DNA from: an uncultured Methylomirabilota bacterium
GTDB lineage: Bacteria; Methylomirabilota; Methylomirabilia; Methylomirabilales; 2-02-FULL-66-22
Assembly (NCBI GenBank): GCA_963845565.1
Contig: CAWJSJ010000004.1
Span: 32,001 to 96,000 of the forward strand
Length of the DNA: 64,000 nt
Direction: 5' to 3'
Shown here: positions 1-11,507 of the stretch, piece after piece
Numbering within the stretch: the stretch's first letter is position 1
How the letters are laid out: each line of letters begins with the position of its first letter
Position numbers and translations under genes: made by a program
The notes under the pieces: generated by a model
What the model was told of the DNA's origin: nothing
Database searches by the model: none
The model's input: the letters and a program-made list of their open reading frames with translations, nothing else

Positions 1-843
1 GCGGCCAGCATGACCGCAGTTTATGCGGGAGAGGTGATCTCGATCCTGCGTGCGTTCTGGGTGAGGCAATGAAGCACAGGCCCGAGGGCCTGGGATGTAC
101 GGAGGGAACCAGCGGAGTCACACTCCCGGCGATGGGGAATACGAGCCGGGAGGCTCGGATGTGAGCCTATCCCTCGCGGCCAGATGTGTCAAGCTCCCGG
201 GCCGCGTTACCCGGAAGCGCAACATGACGCACGCAGGGGACGTCGCGCAGATCTGTTGTAATCAGAATAGGCTACGGCTCTCGTTCGGGGAGCTGATGGA
301 GCGTAGGATATGGCTCGCTCGGAGCGGAAGCCAACCTGAGTCCCCACCGCGTGAAGGTCCTGCCGGACGTGCGCGCCCTGGACCCGGGATCCGTACACGA
401 AGCATGCGATGCTGATCGGCCGCCGGCAGTGTCCGGAGCAGGGCACGGGCCGCGTCTTGGGCCGGTTTTCCGCGCGGCCCGGGCGCGCACGCCTGGCGTA
501 CCGCGCCTTCGTGGACGCCAGGATCCCGCAGGCGCCGCGTCCGGAGTCTCGGCGGGTGGGCGACAGTCCACGCCCTCCGGCGAGGCCGAGAGCACTACGC
601 GGCGGACGAGCGGGTGCTCGGGTGCTCGGCCTTCGTGGAGGCGCTTGTCTCCCGCGTGTGTGCGGCCGTGCGCCTTGCCCCGACCGCACTGCAGGAATCG
701 GGTCTATTCCCTGACGATTATTCGGCGACAAAGCTTTCGTCTCGTGGCGATCAACACAGCAGGTGTGGGGCGAGTATAGCCGTATCGTTGTTGGATGACC
801 TCGTGTGCCCAGTGTTGCCTTTTTACGCTGACAGTGTCTCCAT

Positions 844-873
844 TTGACAGTCGCTTTCGCTGCCGCGTATAGT
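844..873 (+). promoter_or_regulatory. sigma70-like promoter upstream of tctC-like gene
   Basis: TTGACA (844-849), 18-nt spacer, TATAGT (868-873). Confidence 0.5.
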
Positions 874-1064
874 CCCGTTCATCTCAACAACCTTTGGCGC
901 CCGACATCGGGCGCCCCGATGACAACCGCGATTCTGTCTCGGTTACCGAACATCTGGCTCTGGCGACAGAAGGCGCGCGCCGAGGCGACGAAACGGAACC
1001 GGCTCCGTCCAGTGTCACCGCTGCAGCAACGAAACGAGGGTCTATTTCAGAACGGGGGTGGAAC

Positions 1065-2036
1065 ATGAACGGCAGAGTGAGGCTCGCATGCGTCGTGGCC
1101 CTGGCGCTCCTCGCGACTGGGGCAATCGCGATGGCCGCGGACTACCCGAACAAGCCGATCCAGCTGATCGTTCCCGCCGCGCCGGGCGGGTCGACCGATG
1201 TGCTGGCCCGCGCCATCGCCCAGGTGTCGCCGCGCTTCATCTCGCAGCCACTGATGATCGTGAACAAGCCGAGTGGTGGCGGGATCCCAGGCCGGGTGGA
1301 CACCGTCCGCGCCCGGCCGGACGGTTACACGCTCATGATCAACTACGGCGGGGGCGAGGACCTGGTGGTGCCGCACCAGCGCGCCCTCCCGTACAACGTG
1401 TTCACCGACCTGGAGGCGGTCTGCCGCATGTCGGTGCACTCGATCGTGCTGGCCGTGCCCACCGACTCGCCTTACAAGACCCTGGCCGATCTCGTGCGGA
1501 TCGGGAAGGGCAAAGAGCACATGACCGCCGCGGTCTCCATCAAGGGTGCGTCGGTGGACCTGACGTTTCTCCTCTTCGCGAAGGCCGCGGGCATCAAGCT
1601 GACGACGATACCGGGTTCGGGCGGTGCGGATGCGATCACCAAACTCATCGGCGGCCACGTCGACTTCGGCGGCGGCCACCCCAGCGAGGTGCTGCCCCAC
1701 TTCAAGGCGGGACGCCTGCGGGGCCTCGCCGTGGCCTTCGCGCAGCGGGATCCGGCCATCCCCGACATCCCGACCTTCAAGGAGCAGGGGTACGACGTGG
1801 TGACGGCCGGGTCTGTCAAGGGGATCGCCGCACCGAAGGAGACGCCAAAGGAGGTCCTGACGTATTTGGAGCAGCAGTTCAAGGCCATTGCCGACGACGC
1901 CGAGTTCCAGAAGATCATGAAAGATCTCGGCCAGCCGGTGATGTACATGAACGCGGCCGAGTACAAGGTCTGGTTCAAGCAGGCCTACGACCAGTATGGC
2001 GAGTTGGTCAAGACGCTGGGCGGGGAGACGAAGTAG
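1065..2036 (+). CDS. tripartite tricarboxylate transporter substrate-binding protein (TctC/Bug family)
   Basis: Signal peptide then YPNKPIQLIVPAAPGGSTD, PDGYTL and PTFKEQG motifs; ATG 1065 chosen over ORF-track start. Confidence 0.9.
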   Translation: MNGRVRLACVVALALLATGAIAMAADYPNKPIQLIVPAAPGGSTDVLARAIAQVSPRFISQPLMIVNKPSGGGIPGRVDTVRARPDGYTLMINYGGGEDLVVPHQRALPYNVFTDLEAVCRMSVHSIVLAVPTDSPYKTLADLVRIGKGKEHMTAAVSIKGASVDLTFLLFAKAAGIKLTTIPGSGGADAITKLIGGHVDFGGGHPSEVLPHFKAGRLRGLAVAFAQRDPAIPDIPTFKEQGYDVVTAGSVKGIAAPKETPKEVLTYLEQQFKAIADDAEFQKIMKDLGQPVMYMNAAEYKVWFKQAYDQYGELVKTLGGETK

Positions 2037-2761
2037 ACCAAAATCAGGGGGCCGATCGTCGGACGCGGGCACGCTGGGCAGCCGTGCGCGTCGGCCCCGC
2101 ACCTCGCGATGGATCCCAACCGCGCGTACAGATTCGCATCCTTGGCGAAGAACCAGAACGTGGAGCCATAGACTCGGTCCCTGATTGTCACGGAGACCTT
2201 CACGAAGTTTTGCCCCGGCTTGGCGAAGGACGGCGTGCTGAGCGGGCCCGTGGTGCTGGAGAAGGTCCCGCTGCCCTCCCAGCGGATGTTCGATGCGATG
2301 TTGCCTCTTACCTCGGGGAGCTCGACTCGCACGCCGGCAGTCATTGCCCAACCCTTGGTCAGGATCCGGGGCGACCCCTCATGCGGCGAGCGCAGCCAGA
2401 AGAACACGCCCGGCCCGCCCTCTGCGGGCTGGACACTGCCCCACGTGTAGTATCCGCTGGCGCGTTGCACAGGCATGTCCTGCTGCGTAGGATAGGGTGA
2501 CGACGGCAACGATCGTAGCGGGGGAACGGTCGCGGGCGCTCCGGCCAGAAGGATTCGTGAATAATCCGGGCTTACCTGACGAGCAGCCATTCCCGCCTGC
2601 AGCGGGAGGAGACGGGGTGGCGGGCGGACCGGGTACCCATCCGTCCGGATGGGTGCGGTGTCTCCGCGTACCGGCGACGCCTGCTCCGTTCCGGACCGCC
2701 GCCCCCAAGGGTTCGTATTAAGCCCGCATTGTTCGCGAGTTGCGCCCGCGAATAAAGCGGG

Positions 2762-3658
2762 CTAGAGGTTGGTGCCGCGGAGCCGGGGGTCAAAGGCGTC
2801 GCGCAGGCCGTCGCCGAGCTGGTTGAGGGACAAGACCGTAATGACGATGGCTACCCCTGGAAAGACCACCAGGTGCCACTTGGGAATCAGCATGGAGGCC
2901 GCGTCGCCCAGCATGTTTCCCCAGGTCGGCGTGGGAGGCGGAATCCCGGCGCCAAGGAAGCCCAGCGTGGCCTCCAGCACAATGGCGATGCCGAGGGAGG
3001 TTGTGACGAGAATTAGGTACACCCCTATACACTGGGGCGCGATGTGAAGGAAGATGATTCGCCAGGAGGAGGACCCGAGGCTCCTGGCGGCTTCGACGTA
3101 TGGGAGGTCCTTCACGGCCAGGGCTTGGGACCGGATGATCCGGGTGCCATAGGCCACTCTGGTGGCGGCGATGGACAGGATAACCGTCCATGTGCTCGCT
3201 CCAAGGGCCGAGGCCAGCAACAGCGCCAGGAGTATCGGCGGAAAGGACAACAACACCTCGACCAGACGCTCGCCGAGCAGGTCAAACCTGCCACCGAAAA
3301 AGGCGCTGGCAACCGCCCACACCGCTCCCAAGGTGGTGCCCAGCAGCACAGACGTGACCGCGACGAACAGGGACCATTTGGTGCCATGAACTATCCTGCT
3401 CAGCAGGTCTCTGCCGATGAAATCCGTCCCCAACCAGTGCTGCCAGCTTGGTCCCTGGGCCCGGGCCAAGACATTCGGCCGAAGGGGGTCATCGGGCGAA
3501 ACCCACGGGGCGAATACCCCCAGTAGGATTATGAGCGCAGCCACGATTCCCCACACGGTGGAAAGACGGTAGCGCTGGGCGAAGGTTCTCGACCAACTGA
3601 GGCCGCTCGCCAGGGGCGTCCTCATTCCTCGCTTTTCAAAACCAGCCCGGACTGCCAA
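2762..3658 (-). CDS. peptide/nickel ABC transporter permease (DppC/OppC-like)
   Basis: HWLGTDFIGRDLLSRI and EAARSLGSS (EAA) motifs; ends GDGLRDAFDPR. Confidence 0.92.
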   Translation of the reverse strand: MAVRAGFEKRGMRTPLASGLSWSRTFAQRYRLSTVWGIVAALIILLGVFAPWVSPDDPLRPNVLARAQGPSWQHWLGTDFIGRDLLSRIVHGTKWSLFVAVTSVLLGTTLGAVWAVASAFFGGRFDLLGERLVEVLLSFPPILLALLLASALGASTWTVILSIAATRVAYGTRIIRSQALAVKDLPYVEAARSLGSSSWRIIFLHIAPQCIGVYLILVTTSLGIAIVLEATLGFLGAGIPPPTPTWGNMLGDAASMLIPKWHLVVFPGVAIVITVLSLNQLGDGLRDAFDPRLRGTNL

Positions 3659-3786
3659 TTCGTGATCCTCTGAGAACTCGAGTGATCCTCACGGTGCCGC
3701 GCATCTCCCGACTTGGTCCCCCACGGTCGAGTACTGCGGGGCGCCTGCAAGGAATACCCTCGTGCGAGATGCCTGGCCAGCCGGTC

Positions 3787-4743
3787 CTAGTCGTATCGTA
3801 TTCTCGGGTCTAACCAGGCGTAGCTCATGTCCGTGATCAGGTTCACCACCACGAAGACAACCGCATACAGGAGCACGAGGTTCTGGACCACGGGTAGGTC
3901 CCGGTCCAGGATGGCGTCAATCATGGTCAGGCCCAGCCCCGGGACACCAAACGCCTTCTCGATGGCGACCGAGCCACCCAGGGCGACGCCCAGAAAGAGG
4001 CTGCTCCACGTGATCACCGGGAGCATCGCATTGCGAAGGGCGTGTCGGGCAATGACCAGTCGCTCGTGCACGCCCTTGGCGCGGGCCGTCCGGACGTAGT
4101 CCTCCTGTATGACTTCCAGGAGAGACGAGCGGACCGTCCGCGCCACGAACCCGGCAAATCCAAGGCCCAGGACCAACGCGGGACCTGCCACCATCTGGAG
4201 GTTCTGCCAGGGATTCTCCCAGGGGTACACGGGCAGAATCGGCGCTTTGTAGTCGAACCAGAGTATCAGGGCGAGGACCATCACGAGGCCCAGCCAGAAA
4301 CCGGGGATGGCGACGAACAGAATCGAGAAGGTCTTGCTGGCGTGATCCATCCAGGAATTGGGTCTGAGGGCGCTGACCATCCCGACGGGAAAGCCGACCA
4401 TCCAGGAGAGCACAGTCGCAAGGAGGGCGATCTCCAACGTGATCGGACCGCGGCGCAACACAAACTGGGTGACGCTGTCTCCCCGCAGCAACGATTTGCC
4501 GAATTCGCCGCTTCCGATGTCCCGAAGCCATTTGCCATACTGAACCACGAACGGATCGCGGAGTCCCAGGGCCTGCTCCAGGTTCGCACGTTGCTCTGGA
4601 GTCATCCTCCTCGCCCCCTCGAGGCCGAAGATGGCAACCAGAGGGTCGCCCGGAAGCAGGCGCATGGCGACGAAGATGATCATGGTGACGCCCAGCACGG
4701 TCGGTATGACGAGCAAGAGGCGTCGGGCCAGGTACCTCCGCAC
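3787..4743 (-). CDS. peptide/nickel ABC transporter permease (DppB/OppB-like)
   Basis: MRRYLARRLL..PGDP; DYVRTARAKG; HALRNA; ends LDPRIRY. Confidence 0.92.
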   Translation of the reverse strand: MRRYLARRLLLVIPTVLGVTMIIFVAMRLLPGDPLVAIFGLEGARRMTPEQRANLEQALGLRDPFVVQYGKWLRDIGSGEFGKSLLRGDSVTQFVLRRGPITLEIALLATVLSWMVGFPVGMVSALRPNSWMDHASKTFSILFVAIPGFWLGLVMVLALILWFDYKAPILPVYPWENPWQNLQMVAGPALVLGLGFAGFVARTVRSSLLEVIQEDYVRTARAKGVHERLVIARHALRNAMLPVITWSSLFLGVALGGSVAIEKAFGVPGLGLTMIDAILDRDLPVVQNLVLLYAVVFVVVNLITDMSYAWLDPRIRYD

Positions 4744-4760
4744 CCTGAAGACTCCTTACC

Positions 4761-4885
4761 CAGGCTGCTGAAAAAGGCCCATCTGCGGCGTTGTCTCGCT
4801 CGGGCACTCGCTGCGGCGTACCTGGAGTACGCCTCACTCGGCCCTGCGCTTGCCGCCTAGCATCTGGACCTTTTAGAGCAGCCTG
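4761..4885 (+). repeat. palindromic MITE/REP-like element, copy 1
   Basis: CAGGCTGCTGAAAAAGGCCCATCTGC...GCATCTGGACCTTTTAGAGCAGCCTG terminal inverted repeats; internal GCGTAC..GTACGC hairpin. Confidence 0.9.
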
Positions 4886-4957
4886 AGCGAAACGGGTTTC
4901 TCCGCAGTCTGCGAGAAAAGAACAGGGGTGGCACGCACGCGCTACCCCCGACCGCAA

Positions 4958-6661
4958 CTACTTGTCAAGCCAGACGAATTCCCACTGATAGGTATTGTAG
5001 TCAGAGTTGCCACCCACCCTGGGCAGCCCTTTCACGTAATTGTACCAGCCGTACGCTCTACCGTCGGCGGTCACGCCAGTGTTGGGCATCTCGTTGTTGA
5101 GGATCTGGTTCAACTGCCGGCCAAGCTGGAGTTTGCGCTGTGCGTCCACCTCGACGGAGAACTGGTCGAGGATCTTGTCGAACTCGGCGTTCTTGAAGTT
5201 GGTGAAGTTGCTGTCGGACTTCTTGCCCGTGGCCTTGTTAATGCTGTAGCACATCCTCAGGGTGGCGCCCAGGTCAGCGCCCCCCAGACAGGCGGCGTGG
5301 GAGATCATGTCGAAAGTACCGGCGACCTGCCGGTCCACCATCGCGGAGACCTGCACAACCTCGAGGCGGGTCTTCACCCCCAGAAGCCGCTCCCACTCGG
5401 CCTGTGCGTAGGCTGCGAGCTGCCTGTTCTGGGGGGATTCTCTGACCACGAAGTTGAAGGTCTTGGCGATGCCGTTGGGGTATCCGGCGTCGGCCATGAG
5501 CTTCTTGGCGTCGGCGATGGCTTTCTCCCGCGTGGCAGACGCATTGGGGTACTCTTTCATCAGCTCTTCGTAGCTCTTGCCGTACGGGGACGGAAGGTAG
5601 TCAGCCAACTGCGCCGTCGGGTTGAACTGCTGGGTGATCTTGCTCAGGGCGTCCTGGTCGAGGGCCAGGTGCAAGGCGCGGCGCACACGGTTGTCATTGA
5701 GCGGCTCGCGGTCGTTATTGAAGCCTACCCAGGAGGACAGGTTCGGCGCCAGCCAGATGAGGCCGGACATGTTGGGATTGGCCTTCACTTTCTGGTACGC
5801 GCTGGGGTCCAGCCACATCGCCCAATCAACCTGACCGCCCAGCAGCGCGGCGGCCAGCTCGGGCGTCCAGGCCTTCAGCCAGACATGGACGATACGGTCA
5901 ACGTAGGGCGCATAGGGGTTCCAGTAATTGGGGTTCCTGACCATTTCCCATGATTCGGTGGTGCGGCTCTTGTACATGAAGGGGCCGGTGCCCGGGAAAT
6001 TATCCACCTGCTTCAGGTCGCCTTTGTATTTGTCGAGGGTCTTCTTGCTGGTGATGACGTTCCAGCCCCCGGCGAGAGAGGCGAGGAAGGTGTACGAGTC
6101 CCTGGGCTCGGAGAGTCTCATCACCACGGTGTGGCGGTCGCGCACCACGGTTTCTTTGATGGGCAGACTCCGCAGGCTGAGCAGGTTGGCCGGCGGGAAG
6201 ACGATGCGGTCGAAGGAGGCCTTGACGTCTGCGGCTTCAAAGTCCGTCCCGTCGTGGAACTTGACCCCCTTCCGCAGGTTGAAGGTGTAGGTCATCCCAT
6301 CGGAGGAGATCGTCCAGCTGGTGGCCAAGCTCGGGATGATGGGCAGGCTTGGGTCCCTCGGATCCTGCCGCACCAATAGGTCGTACATGGGCGACTGGGC
6401 GCCAACGTTGGCGATGGTCCCCGAAGCGTAAATGTCGAACATCGAGGGAGGCCCGTGCGCCGCCAGCCTCAGGGTGCCGCCGCGCTTGGCCTTTTCGTGG
6501 TCAATGGCCTTCAGGTAGAAGGGTTCGGCAGACTGGGCCGTGGGCGTTGGCGCCCCCGCGAGAGCCGGGGTCGCCGCGGGACCGCACGCGATGGCCAGGA
6601 CCAGAGCTGCCACGACAACGAGGCCGAGAATACCTGACGTTCTGCAGAATCGCCATTCCAT
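4958..6661 (-). CDS. ABC transporter substrate-binding protein family 5, probable lipoprotein
   Basis: LAIAC lipobox; [27 protein letters not shown] before ATG 6661. Confidence 0.9.
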   Translation of the reverse strand: MEWRFCRTSGILGLVVVAALVLAIACGPAATPALAGAPTPTAQSAEPFYLKAIDHEKAKRGGTLRLAAHGPPSMFDIYASGTIANVGAQSPMYDLLVRQDPRDPSLPIIPSLATSWTISSDGMTYTFNLRKGVKFHDGTDFEAADVKASFDRIVFPPANLLSLRSLPIKETVVRDRHTVVMRLSEPRDSYTFLASLAGGWNVITSKKTLDKYKGDLKQVDNFPGTGPFMYKSRTTESWEMVRNPNYWNPYAPYVDRIVHVWLKAWTPELAAALLGGQVDWAMWLDPSAYQKVKANPNMSGLIWLAPNLSSWVGFNNDREPLNDNRVRRALHLALDQDALSKITQQFNPTAQLADYLPSPYGKSYEELMKEYPNASATREKAIADAKKLMADAGYPNGIAKTFNFVVRESPQNRQLAAYAQAEWERLLGVKTRLEVVQVSAMVDRQVAGTFDMISHAACLGGADLGATLRMCYSINKATGKKSDSNFTNFKNAEFDKILDQFSVEVDAQRKLQLGRQLNQILNNEMPNTGVTADGRAYGWYNYVKGLPRVGGNSDYNTYQWEFVWLDK

Positions 6662-7039
6662 AGCGCACCTCCAGCAATGGGTGACACGACACATGGCGCC
6701 GACAGGTAGGCTCTCAAGTCATCCGTCGCGGCTGCCGGCAGACGGACGCGCTTTGCGACAAAGAATTGGAAACTGGCCATACTCGGCAAGGTGAACCACC
6801 GGGATCTGGCGAATGCAGGAGGGGCCCCGCCGAGGGCGGGAGATCCCGGACCGCCGAGGTAGGGGGCACGCTAGCACCGGCGGAAAGGGCGCGTCAAGCG
6901 AAATCCCGGGTCCTGCCGGCTCCTCACAAGAAAACGGTACCGGACTCCATTGGGGAGGTAGTGCTTGAATTCAGAGAAGTGCGCGAGGGCTCCTGCGACA
7001 CGGACAGCCGCGCAGCCAGGGGACGGGCAGAGGCGCGGC

Positions 7040-7429
7040 TCAGGCGGGCGCCGGCTCGGCGGGGTCGAAGTCGATCTCGACCTTGGCACCGTTGAGGTCA
7101 AAGAAGAAGAGCTGCCAGGTCCCATAGCCGGGAAGTCTCCCCAGATCGTACGGGAGGCCTCGCACCTTCAGTTTGCCGACGGTCTCCACCAGGCCCTGCC
7201 CGGTGAAAGCGTTGTGGTCGATCACGCCCTTCAGCAGCTCCCGGCGTTCCCGTCCCGCGATCACGTGCAGGATCGCGTGGGACGCGCCCTCGGCGTAGAG
7301 CCAGGCCCCGGGAAAGCCGAACGGCGGCCGCGCGCCGGGCCGGAGCCCGAGCAAGTCACCGTAGAAGGCCACTGTCGCGTCCAGGTCGTCCGTGAGGATG
7401 GTGAAATGGTTCATGGCTGAAACCGGCAT
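7040..7429 (-). CDS. VOC/glyoxalase family protein
   Basis: MNHFTILTDDLDATVAFY...GAWLY...IDHNAF...QLFFFDLNGAKVE. Confidence 0.85.
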   Translation of the reverse strand: MPVSAMNHFTILTDDLDATVAFYGDLLGLRPGARPPFGFPGAWLYAEGASHAILHVIAGRERRELLKGVIDHNAFTGQGLVETVGKLKVRGLPYDLGRLPGYGTWQLFFFDLNGAKVEIDFDPAEPAPA

Positions 7430-7724
7430 CGCCTTTGTCCCCTCCGCCCCGCCCCGCCCCACAGGCGTCAAGCGCGCCGCTCAGGTTGTGATGACAATCG
7501 CCTGTCCCTCGATCCTGGCCGGAAACTTCTCGGCTCGGGTGGGACCCTGCGTCCGGGCATTCCTGGCGAGAACGGCTTCTCGCCACGTCCCACCATCTAC
7601 CTGGGTGCTCCTGCATCTCCATCCGGTAGGCGAAACGCCCTTCAAGGGTTTTGACCGGGCCGGGTCCGACCAGCGAAAGGACTGCGGCGCGGTCGGCTGG
7701 TAGGCTGGCCGGGTCGCACGCCCG

Positions 7725-8102
7725 CTATTTCACCTTGGGGGTATAGAGCCACGCGCGACTCGCGCGCTCCCAGCGTCGGGCCAGCGCGAGCGCCCAAGGT
7801 TTCGGCACCCCCCAGCGGACCATGCCCGCCATGAGATGAAGCGCGTTCAACCGGTGCTGTAGCCACTTGAGCCCCACGGAACCATGGCTCCGGGACCCCC
7901 GCCGGGATCGCCGACCGGCAATCCAGTGGCATCCGATCGGCGGGCTCGGCCGGTTCTGCTGCATGACCCGATGGCGTGCCGGCGTGCCGGAACGCGTTGC
8001 GGACACGTGTCGCTCACTCAAGTGTGCTTCCCAATCTCGATACGCCAACGCGCGCTCCTTTGCTACCGCCTGTACGGGGCATCCCCCAGGCTTCCTGGGC
8101 AT
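7725..8102 (-). CDS. hypothetical protein with C-terminal LQHRLNALH motif
   Basis: RBS AGAGG before ATG 8102; C-terminal part looks protein-like; sigma54-like site upstream; start uncertain. Confidence 0.35.
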   Translation of the reverse strand: MPRKPGGCPVQAVAKERALAYRDWEAHLSERHVSATRSGTPARHRVMQQNRPSPPIGCHWIAGRRSRRGSRSHGSVGLKWLQHRLNALHLMAGMVRWGVPKPWALALARRWERASRAWLYTPKVK

Positions 8103-8148
8103 GCCGTTGACCTCTTGGCGGGAATCTCGATACAGGATTATCACAGTG

Positions 8149-8164
8149 TGCAATGGACGTGCCT
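8149..8164 (-). promoter_or_regulatory. sigma54-like -24/-12 site
   Basis: AGGCAC-GTCCA-TTGCA on minus strand with canonical spacing. Confidence 0.45.
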
Positions 8165-8545
8165 GGCACCCAGCCGTGGACGGCGTTCGGTACAGGATCG
8201 ACGGATCTACCTATCGATATTGGCTTTGGGGTCGCGGGATTCGCAGGATTCTGCTAACAAGTGCAGCCCAGCCTGGTCGCCTGGGCATGGTGCTCTGCCC
8301 GTTTTCCGACGTCTGTGGCACGCCCTCGGTCACTGCATTCGGGCGGCACGCCGCATCGGTTCGCGAACGCGTCATTCCGGCGCGGGGCCATAACGGGCTT
8401 TCCGCCCCTTGCGAATCCTTTGTGGCGCCTTGTGGAGTGGTAGGCGTGCCGAAGGGATTGACGCATGCTGGGGGAGCCATCCGAGGTCGGCCGGACGTGT
8501 CCCGCAATATGTCGCGGCCAAGGGCACCGTCCGCCGCCCGTCGTT

Positions 8546-9073
8546 TCAATATCGAGGAACGGAGGACCCGCAAACCTGGGCGAACTCGAGCTTGGCGAAT
8601 TCGCGCGCGGGAATCGACGGACCTGGCCGCGAGCAATGACGGGTGAAAAGCTGTGCGAGATCACTGGCGACCTGCTCCGCGGTCTTTCCCTCGATCATGC
8701 GTCGTTCGATCATGGCCACCAACTTGCCGTCCTCCAGCAGCACCAGCGAGGGCGACGACGGCGGGTATCCGACATGCAACGCCCTGACGCGCTCGACGGC
8801 GTCGTGCTCCATACCGGCGAAGACTGTGACGAGGCGATCAGGGATAACGGAGTGCTGGAGGGCCAACGCCACACCGGGCCGTGCACTGCCCGCAGCGCAG
8901 CCGCAGACCGAGTTGATCAGGACGAGCAAGGTTCCCGTCGTTTCACCGACGACTTTGTCGATGTCCTGGGCTGTCCGGAGATCCTCAAACCCGACGGCCA
9001 CGAGTTCGTCGCGCATCGGCTGCACAGCGTCGAGGTCATATGTCGGTTGCCGCTGAACTCTCTGCTCGAGCAT
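8546..9073 (-). CDS. BrxA/BrxB family bacilliredoxin
   Basis: VQPMRDEL, INSVCGCAAGSARPG (CGC motif), TVFAG, PPSSPS. Confidence 0.9.
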   Translation of the reverse strand: MLEQRVQRQPTYDLDAVQPMRDELVAVGFEDLRTAQDIDKVVGETTGTLLVLINSVCGCAAGSARPGVALALQHSVIPDRLVTVFAGMEHDAVERVRALHVGYPPSSPSLVLLEDGKLVAMIERRMIEGKTAEQVASDLAQLFTRHCSRPGPSIPAREFAKLEFAQVCGSSVPRY

Positions 9074-9171
9074 TTCCTCATCCTCCATTTTTGTTCGAGA
9101 TAATGCGCCCACCTCCCCTCCCGGATCTGGCGCCAAGGAGGGTCGCGCTGCGGGCTCGTCGCAGTCCGGGG

Positions 9172-11286
9172 TCACTGATGGGTCCGCACGACCGCCCGTT
9201 CCAGCAAGAGGCGCTGAATCGCCAGGGAGAGGTCGAGGCGGCTCACTGGTTTCAAAAGGGTCACCCGGACCCCCAACGGTCCGGGCCGCGGCGCGCCGGT
9301 CTCAGGGACGCCGCCGGTGCACAGGATGACGGGGAGGCGCGGGCGCAACCGTAAGATCTCCTGGGCGAGGGCGTCGCCGGTCAGGTGCGGCATCGTCTGA
9401 TCCGTGATCACCAGATCAAAGGCGTCGGGCGCGTCCCGGAATGCCTCCAGGGCGGCGCGGCTGTTCGTGTGGGCGGTGACGTGGTATCCGAGGTCGGTGA
9501 GGGCGACCGTCCAGATGCGGACGAGTGCGGCCTCGTCGTCCACGAGCAGGAGGTGTTCCCCGTGCCCATGCAGCGGCTCTTGTGGGGACGGCGGGGTGGC
9601 CGCGAGATCGTCACAGCGGGGGAAGTAGAGGTCAAAGCGCGTCCCGCGACCGGGTGCGCTCTCGACGGTGATGGCCCCGCCGTGGCCGGTGACGATCCCG
9701 TAGACCACCGCCAGACCAAGGCCCGTCCCCTCGCCGAGCGGCTTCGTGGTGAAGAACGGCTCGAAGATCCGCACCAGAACGTCGTGGGGCATTCCGTGGC
9801 CGGAGTCCCGGATGGTGAGTTTCGCATGGGGACCGGGCTGAAGTGGGGGGTGCGCTGCGGCAAAGTCCGCATCGAGGTCGACCACGCGCAGATGGAGGTC
9901 GAGGACGCCTCCCCGGGGCCGCATCGCGTGCTCCGCGTTTGTGCACAGGTTGAGGAGGATTTGGTGGATTTGGGTGGGATCGGCCAGGATCACGGCGGGG
10001 GCGGCGTCCATGAACTGGCGGAAGTCGATGGTGGAGGGGAGGGACGCCCGTAGGAGGTGCTGAACCTCCCTCACCACAGTGTGGAGTGCCACCGGCCGGC
10101 GTTCGTGGTGGGTCCGGCGGCTGAACGTGAGGATCTGCCGGACGAGGTCCGCGGCGCGCGTCGCGGCGGCCGAGAGGTCCTGCAAATGGCTTTGCGCGGG
10201 GGAGGTGCTGGGGATGCGGAGCGCCGCGAGCTCTGCGTCGCCGGCAATGATGTTCAAGAGGTTGTTAAAGTCGTGCGCGATGCCACCGGCCAGGGTGCCG
10301 ATGGCCTCCATCTTCTGGGCCTGGCGCAACTGGGCCTCGAGCTGCTTCCGCTGGGAGATGTCGCGCCCGATGGCCGACATACCGATGATGGGGCCGCCGC
10401 CGTCCTTGATGGGAGAGATGCTGAGAGACACCGCGACCCCCGTACCGACCTTGGTCCACGCCACCGTCTCGTAATTCACGACGGAGTCTCCGCGCCGGAC
10501 CCGCTCCATGAGCCGTGACAACTCCGCGTGGCTGTCGGGTGGGACGAGGAACGCAAAGGGCCGCCCAACCACCTCCGAGGCCGCATAGGCATAGAGCCGC
10601 TGCGCCGCGGCATTCCAGGTGACGATGGTCCCGTCGAGGGCTTGGCCGATGATGGCGTCTTCCGAGGACTCCACGAGGGCGGCGAGCCGCTGGAGGCCCG
10701 CCTCCGCCTGCTTCCGTTGGGTGATGTCCCGGAGTCGGACGCTGAGGACGGTCTCGCCCTTCACCGTGAACTTCGAGATGGTTGCCTCCGCAGGAAACTC
10801 GGTCCCGTCCTTGCGGATGCCAACGATGGCGCCGCGCTCATGCATGGGGCGCAGGGTATCGCCAGACGCGGCGAACCGGTTCACATGCGCGCGATGGCTC
10901 GCCAAGAACCCCGGCGGGAGCAAGAGGTCGAGCGAGCGGCCTATCATGTCGGCGGCCCGATATCCGAAGATGGCCTCCGCACCCTGGTTGAACAGGCGGA
11001 TGCGGTGGTGGACATCGATGGAGATAATGGCGTCCTCCGAGAGTTCCACGATGTTCGCGAAATAGGCCTGGAGGAATGGCAGGTCCGGTTCCGGGTCGGC
11101 CGGGGGCGTGTGCCGTTCGAGCCGTTGGGGGCGTGACCCACGCATCCTCAGCACGTTCCGAAGGCGCGCGGCAACTTTGGCCATGTGGGTGTGGACGATT
11201 CCCATGACGCTCTGAAACACGCCCGAGGCGGCTTCCGGCGGTAAGGGCGAGGGGAGGTTTCGTGGGCTGGGCATGAAGACTCCCAT
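9172..11286 (-). CDS. PAS-PAS hybrid sensor histidine kinase/response regulator
   Basis: Two PAS domains; [22 protein letters not shown]-box; EPFFTTK, GTGLGL; receiver LLVDDE..DLVITD; start uncertain. Confidence 0.9.
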   Translation of the reverse strand: MGVFMPSPRNLPSPLPPEAASGVFQSVMGIVHTHMAKVAARLRNVLRMRGSRPQRLERHTPPADPEPDLPFLQAYFANIVELSEDAIISIDVHHRIRLFNQGAEAIFGYRAADMIGRSLDLLLPPGFLASHRAHVNRFAASGDTLRPMHERGAIVGIRKDGTEFPAEATISKFTVKGETVLSVRLRDITQRKQAEAGLQRLAALVESSEDAIIGQALDGTIVTWNAAAQRLYAYAASEVVGRPFAFLVPPDSHAELSRLMERVRRGDSVVNYETVAWTKVGTGVAVSLSISPIKDGGGPIIGMSAIGRDISQRKQLEAQLRQAQKMEAIGTLAGGIAHDFNNLLNIIAGDAELAALRIPSTSPAQSHLQDLSAAATRAADLVRQILTFSRRTHHERRPVALHTVVREVQHLLRASLPSTIDFRQFMDAAPAVILADPTQIHQILLNLCTNAEHAMRPRGGVLDLHLRVVDLDADFAAAHPPLQPGPHAKLTIRDSGHGMPHDVLVRIFEPFFTTKPLGEGTGLGLAVVYGIVTGHGGAITVESAPGRGTRFDLYFPRCDDLAATPPSPQEPLHGHGEHLLLVDDEAALVRIWTVALTDLGYHVTAHTNSRAALEAFRDAPDAFDLVITDQTMPHLTGDALAQEILRLRPRLPVILCTGGVPETGAPRPGPLGVRVTLLKPVSRLDLSLAIQRLLLERAVVRTHQ

Positions 11287-11507
11287 CAGCGTTCGCGGGG
11301 GTCTCCAAGCATCGGAAACCCTCCGTACTGTCGAGCGGGAGGACTAGGGGGGATTGACCGAGTGGGCTGGGGGTCGAGGTCTTCCTGCTCGACGAATAAT
11401 CCGGACTCACTCTTGTATCCATTCGATCTTATCGGAGGGTGCCGGCGGTGTCAAGCACAAGCGAGAGGGCGGAGAGCCGCAGGGGAGGCCGGCGGGAACC
11501 ACCGCGC

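Noticed and set aside
1985..2590. Minus-strand 201-aa ORF
   Set aside because: The middle looks protein-like, but it overlaps tctC and has no clear start or family; left uncalled.
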